A DNA stretch of 64,000 bases from Shigella phage SHSML-45: sequence record KX130863; one strand, written 5' to 3'. Under the pieces are notes generated by a model. The model saw nothing but the letters and a program-made list of their open reading frames with translations, had not been told where the DNA came from and ran no database searches. The translations under genes and the position numbers were made by a program. Positions 18,075 to 27,315 of the stretch are shown piece by piece (within the stretch, counting starts at the first letter, position 1; each line of letters opens with the position of its first letter).

Positions 18075-18146
18075 ACCGACCGTAGGATTCGAACCTACAT
18101 CTTCCACCAGTTACGGCTTGATAATACCGTTTATACTAGATCGGCA
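18075..18146 (-). tRNA. tRNA-like (anticodon unresolved; CCA not encoded)
   Basis: Perfect T-arm GTAGG-TTCGAAT-CCTAC and acceptor GCCGATC/GGTCGGT (two G-U pairs); anticodon arm did not fold by hand. Confidence 0.4.
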
Positions 18147-18258
18147 GTGTTACTACATAAGTGATTTCCACACCCCACTATTTATAAATTAGAGAAGAAT
18201 TACTCTCTAATTTATGAATATATTATACAGAATTTATAAGCATTTAGCAAATGAATTT

Positions 18259-18693
18259 TTAGAAAAACTCGCTAGCAATCAAGGCGGCTGTTTTACCATC
18301 ATAACGCCCCGGAAACTCTGCCTTAATAGTTTTCATTAGGAGAGCTTTGGTAATACCTGGGTTTAGCTTAACCAATTCTGCAAAATATTTACGAATTTCA
18401 GTTTCAGTTAGCTGTTGTAGTGCATAATCATGCTCTAAACGCGCTAAAAGATCTAAGTATTCAGCATCAGGAGTATAGTCAACATTCGATTTTTCAGCGG
18501 CAATCCGTGTATTCTCAATTGCTTTGAGTTGTGATTTCAACCAGTTAGTAAACTCCAGCTCAGTTACGCAATCTTTATCAATACGTTGCAGGTCTCCTAG
18601 AACCGTACTTAGATGCTTAACTGATACAGCGTCACCACTTTTGCGAGCAGCTTCAATCAACTCTCGCAGTACATAAAGCATGTTCATGCCCAT
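18259..18693 (-). CDS. hypothetical protein (144 aa)
   Basis: ORF. Confidence 0.4.
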   Translation of the reverse strand: MGMNMLYVLRELIEAARKSGDAVSVKHLSTVLGDLQRIDKDCVTELEFTNWLKSQLKAIENTRIAAEKSNVDYTPDAEYLDLLARLEHDYALQQLTETEIRKYFAELVKLNPGITKALLMKTIKAEFPGRYDGKTAALIASEFF

Positions 18694-18931
18694 TATTTCA
18701 TCCCCAATGCTTGGTTAAAAGATTGTTCTGTCATAACTACTGAGACTTTGGCGAAATCAAACTTTTTAGGGTTCGTAGTGATCTCAGCAACGTTGGAAGT
18801 TTTAACAGTTTTCGTAGTACGAATACCGCGAGTGCTAACACCAATGACGATCAAGTTTTTCATATTTCGCTTCCTCTCATTAATTTATGAAAGTATTATA
18901 CAGAAGTTTAAGTATTTAAGCAAATAAATTT

Positions 18932-19381
18932 TTAAGTTTTAGTGACAGCAGGCTTATAAAATGTATGTCCCTTAATCTTAGTTGTTTTCTTAAACTTCTT
19001 TGTCCAGTATGGTTTATCTTTACCACTATGGAAGTATAAAGCTCCATGTGTAGGATCTTGTGGTAAATCAACGTAGTATATCACTCTAGCTAAATTCTTG
19101 GCAGTTTGCCAAGCCTCATCGGTTTTATCAACTTTTGGTCTCTTAGATACCCAAGAGAACTGGTTAGACTGATATACTACTTTACAGTAGGAATCTGGAA
19201 ATTTGCCGGAGTTTACACGGTTTTTAGTAACCTGTGCAACCGCCATCATTCCCTTTATGCCCTCACCACGACTCTCGAAATAGATATTTTTAGCAATGCA
19301 ATCTATTTCTTTTGCATCGTGCGATGCTTGACTACTAAAGCTGAAGGTAAGGGCAGCTACTAAAAGCAAAGCTGCCTTCAT
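18932..19381 (-). CDS. secreted cell-wall hydrolase (SleB/CwlJ-like)
   Basis: Signal peptide MKAALLLVAALTFSFSSQA; IAKNIYFESRGEGIKGMMAVAQVTKNR...FPDSYCKVVYQSNQFSW matches the SleB-type hydrolase pattern. Confidence 0.55.
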   Translation of the reverse strand: MKAALLLVAALTFSFSSQASHDAKEIDCIAKNIYFESRGEGIKGMMAVAQVTKNRVNSGKFPDSYCKVVYQSNQFSWVSKRPKVDKTDEAWQTAKNLARVIYYVDLPQDPTHGALYFHSGKDKPYWTKKFKKTTKIKGHTFYKPAVTKT

Positions 19382-19393
19382 TCTTTTTACTCC

Positions 19394-20215
19394 TTAAAAT
19401 AGATCATATTCTAATCTATTGGGATTTTCTCGGTATCCATAAGACGTAAGAGTACCCCTCATATACTCTGCGTCAACAGGATTAGATGTTACTAGAACCA
19501 CTTTTAGTGGTCTTTGACCTAAAAATAGTATATGATCTAATAAGTCTTTTCCTTGTACCTCTGGATCTCCTAAATCTGAGTCCATAAATAAATAGGATCC
19601 TGTGAAACTAAATATATCTGATAGCTCCAGCGCACCTATAACTGTACGACAAATAATGGACATTTCAGGTAGATCTCTAACATCGTCTATTAGAATATTG
19701 GTCTGCTTCCCAATTTCTGCATTACATAAACCATTTACTAGTTTTTCTCTTTCCCCTTTAGCTTGTTCGAAAGTGGTGAAGCCAGGAGATACGAAAAACT
19801 TTCCACCTAATGTAATGCTATACACAAAACCCTCGGGGAGGAGTTCTACACCTACGGTTTTATTAGTATTAATCCTATTTAACTTAAAATTTGTCTCTCT
19901 TAGATTAATAATTCTGTTATCCCACGGTATAGTATTTATATGGTCGATCATATCAGGCGGCTCTTCACCATAATGGAGCAACCACGCTATTCGGTGTCCA
20001 TAAATAATTGTGGGTTTATTATCTAAGAGCAAACTAACTCTGATGTACCCATCAGAGTTCTTACTACATATTTCTCTCCCAGCATATAGGGTGTGCCAAG
20101 TTTTATTCTTGTATTTATTAGGCCTATAAAATAATTTACCGGTATAAGGATTATACTCTATAATTTCTCGAATATAATCTATATATGGTAGTATTTGTTT
20201 TTGTAATTTACCCAT
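19394..20215 (-). CDS. HNH-AP2 homing endonuclease with ~100-aa C-terminal extension
   Basis: YGHRIAWLLHYGEEPPDMIDHINTIPWDNRIINLR and an AP2-like segment, then an unassigned C-terminal domain. Confidence 0.55.
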   Translation of the reverse strand: MGKLQKQILPYIDYIREIIEYNPYTGKLFYRPNKYKNKTWHTLYAGREICSKNSDGYIRVSLLLDNKPTIIYGHRIAWLLHYGEEPPDMIDHINTIPWDNRIINLRETNFKLNRINTNKTVGVELLPEGFVYSITLGGKFFVSPGFTTFEQAKGEREKLVNGLCNAEIGKQTNILIDDVRDLPEMSIICRTVIGALELSDIFSFTGSYLFMDSDLGDPEVQGKDLLDHILFLGQRPLKVVLVTSNPVDAEYMRGTLTSYGYRENPNRLEYDLF

Positions 20216-20657
20216 AATAGCCTCGTTTCATCAATTTAAAAATATATTATACAGATAACTTAATAAATTAGCAAATACATTTTTAAATTGTGAAACTAGT
20301 AAACCGATAAACAGCCTAGAGGCGCCACAGGCCATATCTTATGAGCCATGTACCTTTGATCTAGGGTTTGAATCATCAACGAATACTTTGCATCTTTTAG
20401 CTTTAGAAGTTTAGAAGTTTGAGTTCTTTAAACTTTTCAGCTTTCATACTTAAATGTTGATCTTTGAAGTTGTGTCGGTAATATCAACGACGCTTTGTTC
20501 TTACGTGTCAGCTTAAAAGGCTGGTGTAATAAACATAATCTCCAATAGATTATACTTTATAGTATGGTCAGCGGTCTTATTTAACCTCGTATTTCAACCG
20601 CTGCTGCGAGGTAAGATGCTTGGGCTTTCGTCTACCGATTTACTAGCTTTTAAATTA

Positions 20658-21296
20658 TTACTCTACTTCAATGAAGGTAGAGGCGTTAGACTCGGACAGA
20701 ACAAAGTCAACATTTGTTGCAAAGTCCTGGTATTCCTCGTCATGCTGCTTAATCAGCTTCTCCAGTTCCAGCGGATCAATCAAGAATGGAGTATTCTTGA
20801 GTTCCAGCAGGTTGAGCTGCATTTTAACTTCATCTTCGGAAGTTTTCTTATCGCGGGTAGCCATGCTATCCTGCAAACGCTCATATTTAGCATCAAACTG
20901 TGCTTTCTGCGTATTAAACTTAACTGTAGCGGCATGGAACTGCTTACGCATATTAGCCAGCAACTGAGCTTTAAGCTCCATAGAACGCTTAGCTTCAATT
21001 GCTTCTGCAACAGTCATTCTACGAGAACCGATCTCAACGATCGTTTCTGCGTTGCTCTTAATCAGGGCAGCTTTGATACGATCACGCTGGGACATCATAT
21101 CCAGCAGAGACTGGAAATCAGTCTTAATACGAGTAGACAGGTCATCTACTTCGATTGCAGCGCCAACTACAACCTGGTTTTTATCCTTACCTTCACCAAC
21201 AGCGATCAAAAGCTGTTGTTCAGTAGCTTTACGGATTTTAGCTTCCAGAGATTTGATGGTTGCCAGAGCACGAGTTTTAGAAATACGAGTGGTCAT
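20658..21296 (-). CDS. hypothetical protein (212 aa), host-like codon usage
   Basis: ORF; overlapping plus-strand ORFs judged spurious. Confidence 0.45.
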   Translation of the reverse strand: MTTRISKTRALATIKSLEAKIRKATEQQLLIAVGEGKDKNQVVVGAAIEVDDLSTRIKTDFQSLLDMMSQRDRIKAALIKSNAETIVEIGSRRMTVAEAIEAKRSMELKAQLLANMRKQFHAATVKFNTQKAQFDAKYERLQDSMATRDKKTSEDEVKMQLNLLELKNTPFLIDPLELEKLIKQHDEEYQDFATNVDFVLSESNASTFIEVE

Positions 21297-21348
21297 TGTT
21301 TCTTCCTTATATGAAGTTTAAGATTTGAATTTGTTTAAAGTTGGTCTA

Positions 21349-21531
21349 TTACAGACCAATTGCCAGCAGAGTGCGTAGAACAGTATCGTTACTGTTATCA
21401 ATTTTAGGGTTAGCACGATTTAGCAGATCAAAGATTTTCTGGATGCCGGACTGACGTTCAGCCATACGACGCAGACCCAGGTTACGTTTTGCTACTTTAC
21501 CATTTTTACGGACGTTTTTAGATACTGGCAT
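21349..21531 (-). CDS. small basic protein (60 aa)
   Basis: ORF. Confidence 0.35.
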   Translation of the reverse strand: MPVSKNVRKNGKVAKRNLGLRRMAERQSGIQKIFDLLNRANPKIDNSNDTVLRTLLAIGL

Positions 21532-21601
21532 AATTATTTTCCTTTTGTTGTTTTCTCAAATTTATGAATATATTATACAGAATTTTGGAGCCGGAAGCAA
21601 A

Positions 21602-22303
21602 TCAAATTTTCATTTTTTCGATCATAGCTGCAACACAATAGCTCTCAACTAAGGCATCGAATGCTGGGTCATGTTTAACTGGGTAGATTCCATAACGAAT
21701 GGTATCCATCTTCTCCATCTTAGCTTTTGCCCAGCTAATCCCCTCTGCTTCTAGGTCTTTGTAACTATAACCAGCCTGCATCCAGAGATTGCGGAGAGAT
21801 CGAACATTACCCAAATTCCAGAATTTCCACGGAACTATTTCTTCATTGGTTCCAGCATGGAAAGTGTTTGCAGAGTAGATAGTCATATCAAACTCTGGGC
21901 CGTTGCCATAATACAAAGCATTCTCTCCTAGAGCCAACTCCATAATATTTTGAGCCATAGAGAAGGCAGCATAGTTTGAGCCTAATTTATTAGTGCAATG
22001 ATGTTTACCATTTTGGAAGGCAATCAGTTTTGGATTACGTTCCTTCATAGCTTCCATAATGTGGATAGCAGACGGGCTATTTTTAGCTTGATCCATCCAG
22101 AATGCTAGAGTAGATGCTGTAACTTTGGCACCAGAATTAAGCTGATCCTGCACATCCAAAGTAACAAATACTAGATCAGGGTCTTTATCAACCCCATGCA
22201 TAGCCACAAAAGCGAAAGAAGGCATTACGATATGAGTAGTACCACAATCTCCTGGAGTTCCTAGAGATTCAATATCTAGCATACCAAATGGTTTTACTTT
22301 CAT
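21602..22303 (-). CDS. putative 3'-5' exonuclease (DnaQ/DEDD-like)
   Basis: N-terminal MLDIESLGT resembles the Exo I DxE motif; 233 aa. Confidence 0.45.
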   Translation of the reverse strand: MKVKPFGMLDIESLGTPGDCGTTHIVMPSFAFVAMHGVDKDPDLVFVTLDVQDQLNSGAKVTASTLAFWMDQAKNSPSAIHIMEAMKERNPKLIAFQNGKHHCTNKLGSNYAAFSMAQNIMELALGENALYYGNGPEFDMTIYSANTFHAGTNEEIVPWKFWNLGNVRSLRNLWMQAGYSYKDLEAEGISWAKAKMEKMDTIRYGIYPVKHDPAFDALVESYCVAAMIEKMKI

Positions 22304-22331
22304 AACTTATCCTTTATTGTGTAGAAAACTA

Positions 22332-22568
22332 TTAAAGAGCTGTCTCTTTAATAGACTCCCACTTCTTGGGGTCTTTAAAACCAGGAAGCATATCCTCACT
22401 AACATCCCAGTTCTCTTCCATAGAGAAGTCAGGCCATTCATTCCAGCTACCTTCCAGCTCTTCATAACAGGTATTCATTACCTCATGACTAGAAAGTCGT
22501 GTATAATCTCTAGCGGATTTATGGGTGCTAGCACGGTTAAAATCATTCTTTGCTACAAAATTACGCAT
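22332..22568 (-). CDS. hypothetical protein (78 aa)
   Basis: ORF. Confidence 0.35.
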   Translation of the reverse strand: MRNFVAKNDFNRASTHKSARDYTRLSSHEVMNTCYEELEGSWNEWPDFSMEENWDVSEDMLPGFKDPKKWESIKETAL

Positions 22569-22611
22569 AGTTTCTCCAAAATATGAGGGGCTTTCGCCCC
22601 CTATTTATCTA

Positions 22612-23127
22612 TTACTTCGCTTTACGCTTGCGAGCTGGTTTAGCAGATTTACGAGCAGAATCGCCTGTGAATTTAATTCCTACACCGTAACACAGAGCAC
22701 GAACGTTATCTTTGCTATATTCTACGCCAAAGATATTTGGTTTAACAGAACCAAACTGGCCACGAGTGTCACGAAGCACATCTGCCGTTGGTTTACGCTT
22801 CTGGTTAACTGCTTTCTCATAGTCTTTCATGGCCATGCCATTACGAGAGAACAATTCTGCTCCAGCATTGAAACTCAGTGCTACTGGAACAGATTTGTGA
22901 CCATAACCCTGTACATAGGTCACAAGGCGGGCTACAGAACGAGTAGCATTCTTAGCCTTCGGCTTTTGACGAATCGTAGCCGGACGATTCAGTGCCTGTG
23001 CAGCTTGAGCATCAGTAGGATGCTTGCGCAGGTGGCGTTCCAGACGAGCTTTGCGGTTAGCCTCAGTCTGCGGGAAAGTTTTAACTGTAGTAGCTGCTTG
23101 AGTTTTTGCGTTTTTCTGCTTAGCCAT
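22612..23127 (-). CDS. basic protein, probable nucleic-acid binding
   Basis: Lys/Arg-rich termini; host-like codon usage. Confidence 0.4.
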   Translation of the reverse strand: MAKQKNAKTQAATTVKTFPQTEANRKARLERHLRKHPTDAQAAQALNRPATIRQKPKAKNATRSVARLVTYVQGYGHKSVPVALSFNAGAELFSRNGMAMKDYEKAVNQKRKPTADVLRDTRGQFGSVKPNIFGVEYSKDNVRALCYGVGIKFTGDSARKSAKPARKRKAK

Positions 23128-23210
23128 TATTTGTTTTCCTTTTTGTTTATTAATTTATGAAGTATATTATACGAGAATTTGAAGCGTTTAGCAAATGAAT
23201 TTTTTAAAAA

Positions 23211-23489
23211 TTATCTACCAACCATCTTGGCTTGTTCTGCATCGGAAACATATTGATACGCTCCTTTATTATATGCTGGAGCAGTACACATTTTCTTACG
23301 CTCAATCTCTTCTTGAGCTTTTCTTTCGCGTTCAGCTAATTCTTTATCCAAATAAACTAAACGTTGTTCTGGAGGAGGTGGAAGACGTGTTTCTGGCTCA
23401 CCAATATTAGCCTCTCTTATTTGACGAGGTGATTGCGCACGTTTTCTCAATGGTTTAAATCCTAATGAATTTGAGTTATAAATTCGCAT
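23211..23489 (-). CDS. hypothetical protein (92 aa)
   Basis: ORF. Confidence 0.35.
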   Translation of the reverse strand: MRIYNSNSLGFKPLRKRAQSPRQIREANIGEPETRLPPPPEQRLVYLDKELAERERKAQEEIERKKMCTAPAYNKGAYQYVSDAEQAKMVGR

Positions 23490-23564
23490 AAAGCCCCTTA
23501 ACTTTCAATACGAATATTATACTAAATTAGTGGGCTTTAAGCAAGAAAATTTTTAATTTATTTA

Positions 23565-24053
23565 TCACATCTCGGCAAGTTCTTGCTCAGTAATAACAGT
23601 ATTACATAATGCGTCAACTTCTTCATTACCTCTAATACCTGAGTGCCCTTTAACCTTAATAAAGGTAGGGTTAGTATTATGAAAATTAATATACTGTTGG
23701 GTTAGTTTAAATGCTTCTTGCCATAGTTCTAAATTGAGAGGAGCTTCACCATCTCCCTTCTTCCAGCCTTTCTTCTGCCAAGACCACATCCAGCTTTCCA
23801 TACCATTTTTACAGTATGCAGAGTCAGTGTAGATTATAACTGGACGTTTATCATTCTTAGTAGCCCAGCGCAGAACTTCAACAATAGCTGTGAGTTCCAT
23901 TTCATTGTTTGTGGTTTTTGGACTGAAACCCGACTTAGAACCCAAACGTTCGTCATTAGGATCATAAACTACGAAACCCCAAGCACCTAAACCAGGATTA
24001 CCCTTACAAGCGCCATCTGTATAAACATGGAAAACTGACATTATTTGCTCCAA
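23565..24053 (-). CDS. rnh: ribonuclease H (RNase HI)
   Basis: VYTDGACKGNPGLGAWGFVV...NNEMELTAIVEVL...IYTDSAYC...VKGHSGIRGNEEVDAL, the RNase HI D-E-D-D/H pattern. Confidence 0.85.
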   Translation of the reverse strand: MEQIMSVFHVYTDGACKGNPGLGAWGFVVYDPNDERLGSKSGFSPKTTNNEMELTAIVEVLRWATKNDKRPVIIYTDSAYCKNGMESWMWSWQKKGWKKGDGEAPLNLELWQEAFKLTQQYINFHNTNPTFIKVKGHSGIRGNEEVDALCNTVITEQELAEM

Positions 24054-24174
24054 TTAATAGTTACCCAATAGCTTTCACGTTGATTATGATCAAGTAAAAT
24101 ATATTATATTTGAGATTATACCTAATAAGCAAGTACAATTTCAAATATAATAGCCCCCGAAAGGGCTATTTGAG

Positions 24175-25014
24175 TTAAGAAGACATCTTAGCTTTAAGAG
24201 CTGGGTGAGGATCGTACCCCTCTAAATGGAATGACCAAGCTGCCGTATTATTATCCAGTAAATCGTAGAGATCTACAAATTCTGGCATTACTAGAGTTGG
24301 CAAAGGACGTGGTTTGCGTTTCATTTGCTCCTCTACTTGCTCTATATGATCATTATAGATATGAGTATCACCGCCACTAAAGATAAGATAACGAGGTTTT
24401 AATCCTGTCAGTTTTGCTAATATGTGCGTTAATAAAGCATAACTAGCAATATTGAAAGGTAGGCCTAGAAAACAGTCTACAGAACGTTGTGTCCATTTAA
24501 GATCTAAGTATCCATCATTACTTACGTAACACTGAAAACCATAATGACATGGTGGTAGTGCCATCTTATCCAGTTCAGCAACGTTCCATGCGGATACTAG
24601 GTGTCTACGACCATGTGGATTATTCTTGAGTCCCTCAATGAGTTCTAAAATCTGATCTCGTCCGCCAAAGTTGCGCCATTGTTTACCATATACTGGTCCT
24701 AGATTACCATTGTCATAACCCATGCTTATAGCTTGGTCTTCATAATTTGGGGTCCAGATAGTCCACTGTCCTTCGTCACGCCCAAATGTGAATACACGCA
24801 GATCATGGAGATTTGTAGACCCAGATAGGAACCATAAGAGTTCTCCAACTACCGATTTCCAAGCTAGACGTTTAGTGGTTACGGCAGGGAATCCCTCACG
24901 TAGATCGAACTTAGCATAGGAATCAAAAATTGAAACTGTGCCTGTTCCTGTACGGTCATTACGGGGTTCACCTAGTAAAATTACATCTGTCAAAATTTTT
25001 AAGTATTGTTGCAT
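24175..25014 (-). CDS. thyA: thymidylate synthase
   Basis: 279 aa with the ThyA active-site region LPPCHYGFQCYV. Confidence 0.9.
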   Translation of the reverse strand: MQQYLKILTDVILLGEPRNDRTGTGTVSIFDSYAKFDLREGFPAVTTKRLAWKSVVGELLWFLSGSTNLHDLRVFTFGRDEGQWTIWTPNYEDQAISMGYDNGNLGPVYGKQWRNFGGRDQILELIEGLKNNPHGRRHLVSAWNVAELDKMALPPCHYGFQCYVSNDGYLDLKWTQRSVDCFLGLPFNIASYALLTHILAKLTGLKPRYLIFSGGDTHIYNDHIEQVEEQMKRKPRPLPTLVMPEFVDLYDLLDNNTAAWSFHLEGYDPHPALKAKMSS

Positions 25015-25547
25015 TAATAAGTAACCAATTCCTGTACAAATCGCAGGCTGTTATCACTGTTTGCGCCAACTGCATAGACTAATCGAGTGGATTCATAGTT
25101 ATAATCCAGTATCATACTATCTAGGTGTGTATCTGCCTCTAGCTTCTGCTCGCTAAAAATTGTAGATACAAAAGCACTTTCAATATGTCCATGTTGGTAC
25201 ATTTCTAGAAGAAGATTAGCTCCACCTAGAACTAATGTTTGCTGATCTTTTAGGAAAGTAGGTAATGTATCACCTATCATTGATATGGGAGTGTAAATAT
25301 CGTGTGTAATATCATCTGGCAGTGGACGATCAGCACGAATAAATAGGTCAGAAGCTCCAATCATACGTTCTCTAACGGCGTATGGAAGAGCTAAATAAGT
25401 ACCAGCACCAATGATGATGTTATCTGGATTCAACACGTCCAGTTGAGAATAGAAAGCATCTAGTTCTTCTTTGAAGGAACCCCAGGGAAGTTTACCTCGG
25501 AGGCCGAACTCCCCATTCGGCCCAACTGCATACATTGCTGTAATCAT
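25014..25547 (-). CDS. frd: dihydrofolate reductase
   Basis: N-terminal GPNGEFGLRGKLPWG resembles the DHFR GxxxxLPW motif; sits next to thyA as in T4-like frd-td. Confidence 0.7.
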   Translation of the reverse strand: MITAMYAVGPNGEFGLRGKLPWGSFKEELDAFYSQLDVLNPDNIIIGAGTYLALPYAVRERMIGASDLFIRADRPLPDDITHDIYTPISMIGDTLPTFLKDQQTLVLGGANLLLEMYQHGHIESAFVSTIFSEQKLEADTHLDSMILDYNYESTRLVYAVGANSDNSLRFVQELVTY

Positions 25548-26689
25548 AAGAAATCTCCAAATTCATTACCCAGATCTTTCAGAGTATCAGTAGAGGTTTC
25601 GGTGACTTGACCTACACGATATGCTGCACCAATCTGGATTTCTTGTGGAGCAGGCTGTAAAGAAGTGGTATCCAGCCAGTTCATGATCCACGGAATGGGG
25701 TTCTTGGTGATTACTGGTAAATGACTAGGCCATTCTACACCGATGTGCATAAATGCATTACGCCCCACAAAGTACAGATATTCTTCTAGAAGTTCTGCGT
25801 TCAAGCCAATCAGACTACGACCTTTGAAAATGAAATGACCCCATTCAATTTCAGTTTTCAGAGTTTTCAGGAGCTGTGCTGGTGCTTTAGCCACTGCTTC
25901 ATCCACCAGATCTTTGTCAAACTGCTGGAACATAATCTGGATGATTGCTTTAGACATCTGAGTGTGCAGAGCTTCATCTTTAGCGATTAATTGCAGATTT
26001 TTAGCAATACCTTGCAGAATATCGTTCTCTGCTAACGCAAAGGTACATGCAAAGGATGCATAGAACTGCATTGCTTCCAGACCGTAGATTGCAAAATAAG
26101 CGTCTAATAACTTAGCCTGGGTTTCACGTTTAACTTCAGGAAACTCTGTTTCTGGGTAAGTATTATCACCACGATGATCGCGTACTGCGATGAAATACTG
26201 ACCTAACTGGTATAGTTCATCGAACAGTTCAACAGAATCAGCGATACGTGCAAATGCTTCTTGGTTTTTAGTTACAGAATCAATAAATTCTGCTGGATCA
26301 GTCAGCACATTACGAATAATATTACTATATGCACGGCTATGCAGATCTTCGAAGTAGCTCCACTGCTTGAGCATACCTTCCAATTCTGGACGACTTACAA
26401 GTGGCATAATAGCTGCTTCAGGCGCTCGACTGATAAAGGAATCAGTTTGAGTCTGCCATGCTAAATTCAGAAGTGTAATTTCCTGAATTTCACGTGGGAG
26501 ATTAGGCCATTGTTTCTTATCTGCTTCCAGACTGATTTCAGTTTCAGTCCAAAATTGAGAGCGAGCTAATAACGCCAGCCTTTCTAGCTCTGGATGGGCT
26601 ACCCTTACATAGTCTGCAATACCAAGTGAATCACCCAGGAAAAGATCTGGATTAGTATGATCCCATTTTAAATTAAGTAAAGTTGTCAT
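25544..26689 (-). CDS. nrdB: ribonucleotide reductase small subunit (class Ia NrdB)
   Basis: 381 aa ferritin-like di-iron protein, adjacent to nrdA. Confidence 0.8.
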   Translation of the reverse strand: MTTLLNLKWDHTNPDLFLGDSLGIADYVRVAHPELERLALLARSQFWTETEISLEADKKQWPNLPREIQEITLLNLAWQTQTDSFISRAPEAAIMPLVSRPELEGMLKQWSYFEDLHSRAYSNIIRNVLTDPAEFIDSVTKNQEAFARIADSVELFDELYQLGQYFIAVRDHRGDNTYPETEFPEVKRETQAKLLDAYFAIYGLEAMQFYASFACTFALAENDILQGIAKNLQLIAKDEALHTQMSKAIIQIMFQQFDKDLVDEAVAKAPAQLLKTLKTEIEWGHFIFKGRSLIGLNAELLEEYLYFVGRNAFMHIGVEWPSHLPVITKNPIPWIMNWLDTTSLQPAPQEIQIGAAYRVGQVTETSTDTLKDLGNEFGDFL

Positions 26690-27213
26690 TAGTTCTCCTG
26701 TTTATCTGTGTTTCTAAGTAGTGTTGGGTCTTTGGTTATAGAGAGAATTAAAGAATCTCGATACTCTATCGCCTCTTCTAGAGTTGGGAGAGTTTTCACA
26801 TATTCTTTTCCGTTAATGTATTTTCTAACTTGAAATCCAGACCCTTTCTTCCGAATATTCTTAGTACCCAATATATTGTTTTTACTGGTTTTTCTATTTT
26901 GACTATTTAACTGCCAGTCTGCTTCTCTTAGATTAGTCCACTTATAGTTTAGTGAATCTCCATCTATATGGTCAACCATAATTTTAGGTAAGTTTCCTGT
27001 CATGTACAGGAAAGCAATATTTTGTGCGGGATACTTCTTACCCTTGATTTGTATTACTAAGTCTTTTCGGTTAGGATCTACTGAGTGTGGTTTTAAACAG
27101 CCAGCAGGTAGTCCTCTTACTTTATTATGTACTTCCTGGTTATTTAACCAAGTAAATGTTCCTTCATCTGGATTATACTCCAGAATCCTTTTTAATTCAT
27201 CTTGTGTTATCAA
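26689..27213 (-). CDS. HNH homing endonuclease
   Basis: MITQDELKRILEYNP...AQNIAFLYMTGNLPKIMVDHIDGDSLNYKWTNLRE; inserted between nrdA and nrdB. Confidence 0.8.
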   Translation of the reverse strand: MITQDELKRILEYNPDEGTFTWLNNQEVHNKVRGLPAGCLKPHSVDPNRKDLVIQIKGKKYPAQNIAFLYMTGNLPKIMVDHIDGDSLNYKWTNLREADWQLNSQNRKTSKNNILGTKNIRKKGSGFQVRKYINGKEYVKTLPTLEEAIEYRDSLILSITKDPTLLRNTDKQEN

Positions 27214-27315
27214 AATTAATCTCCTTAACTAATGGAGATATTATAGCAAATCAGGTAGCGATTAGCAAGTAAAATTTCAAAGAAAAAAGGAGACCCGAAG
27301 ATCTCCTTGTTTTTA

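Noticed and set aside
17982-18164. Plus-strand 60-aa ORF
   Set aside because: It overlaps the tRNA-like element with a canonical T-arm and lies in an ORF-poor RNA region
20616-21321. Plus-strand ORFs of 232, 98 and 89 aa
   Set aside because: They lie fully antisense to the minus-strand 212-aa gene in a block where every supported gene is on the minus strand; they are low-complexity and lack promoter or SD
22525-23160. Plus-strand 211-aa ORF
   Set aside because: Antisense to the basic-protein gene 22612-23127; no RBS; composition is typical of the reverse frame of a coding region
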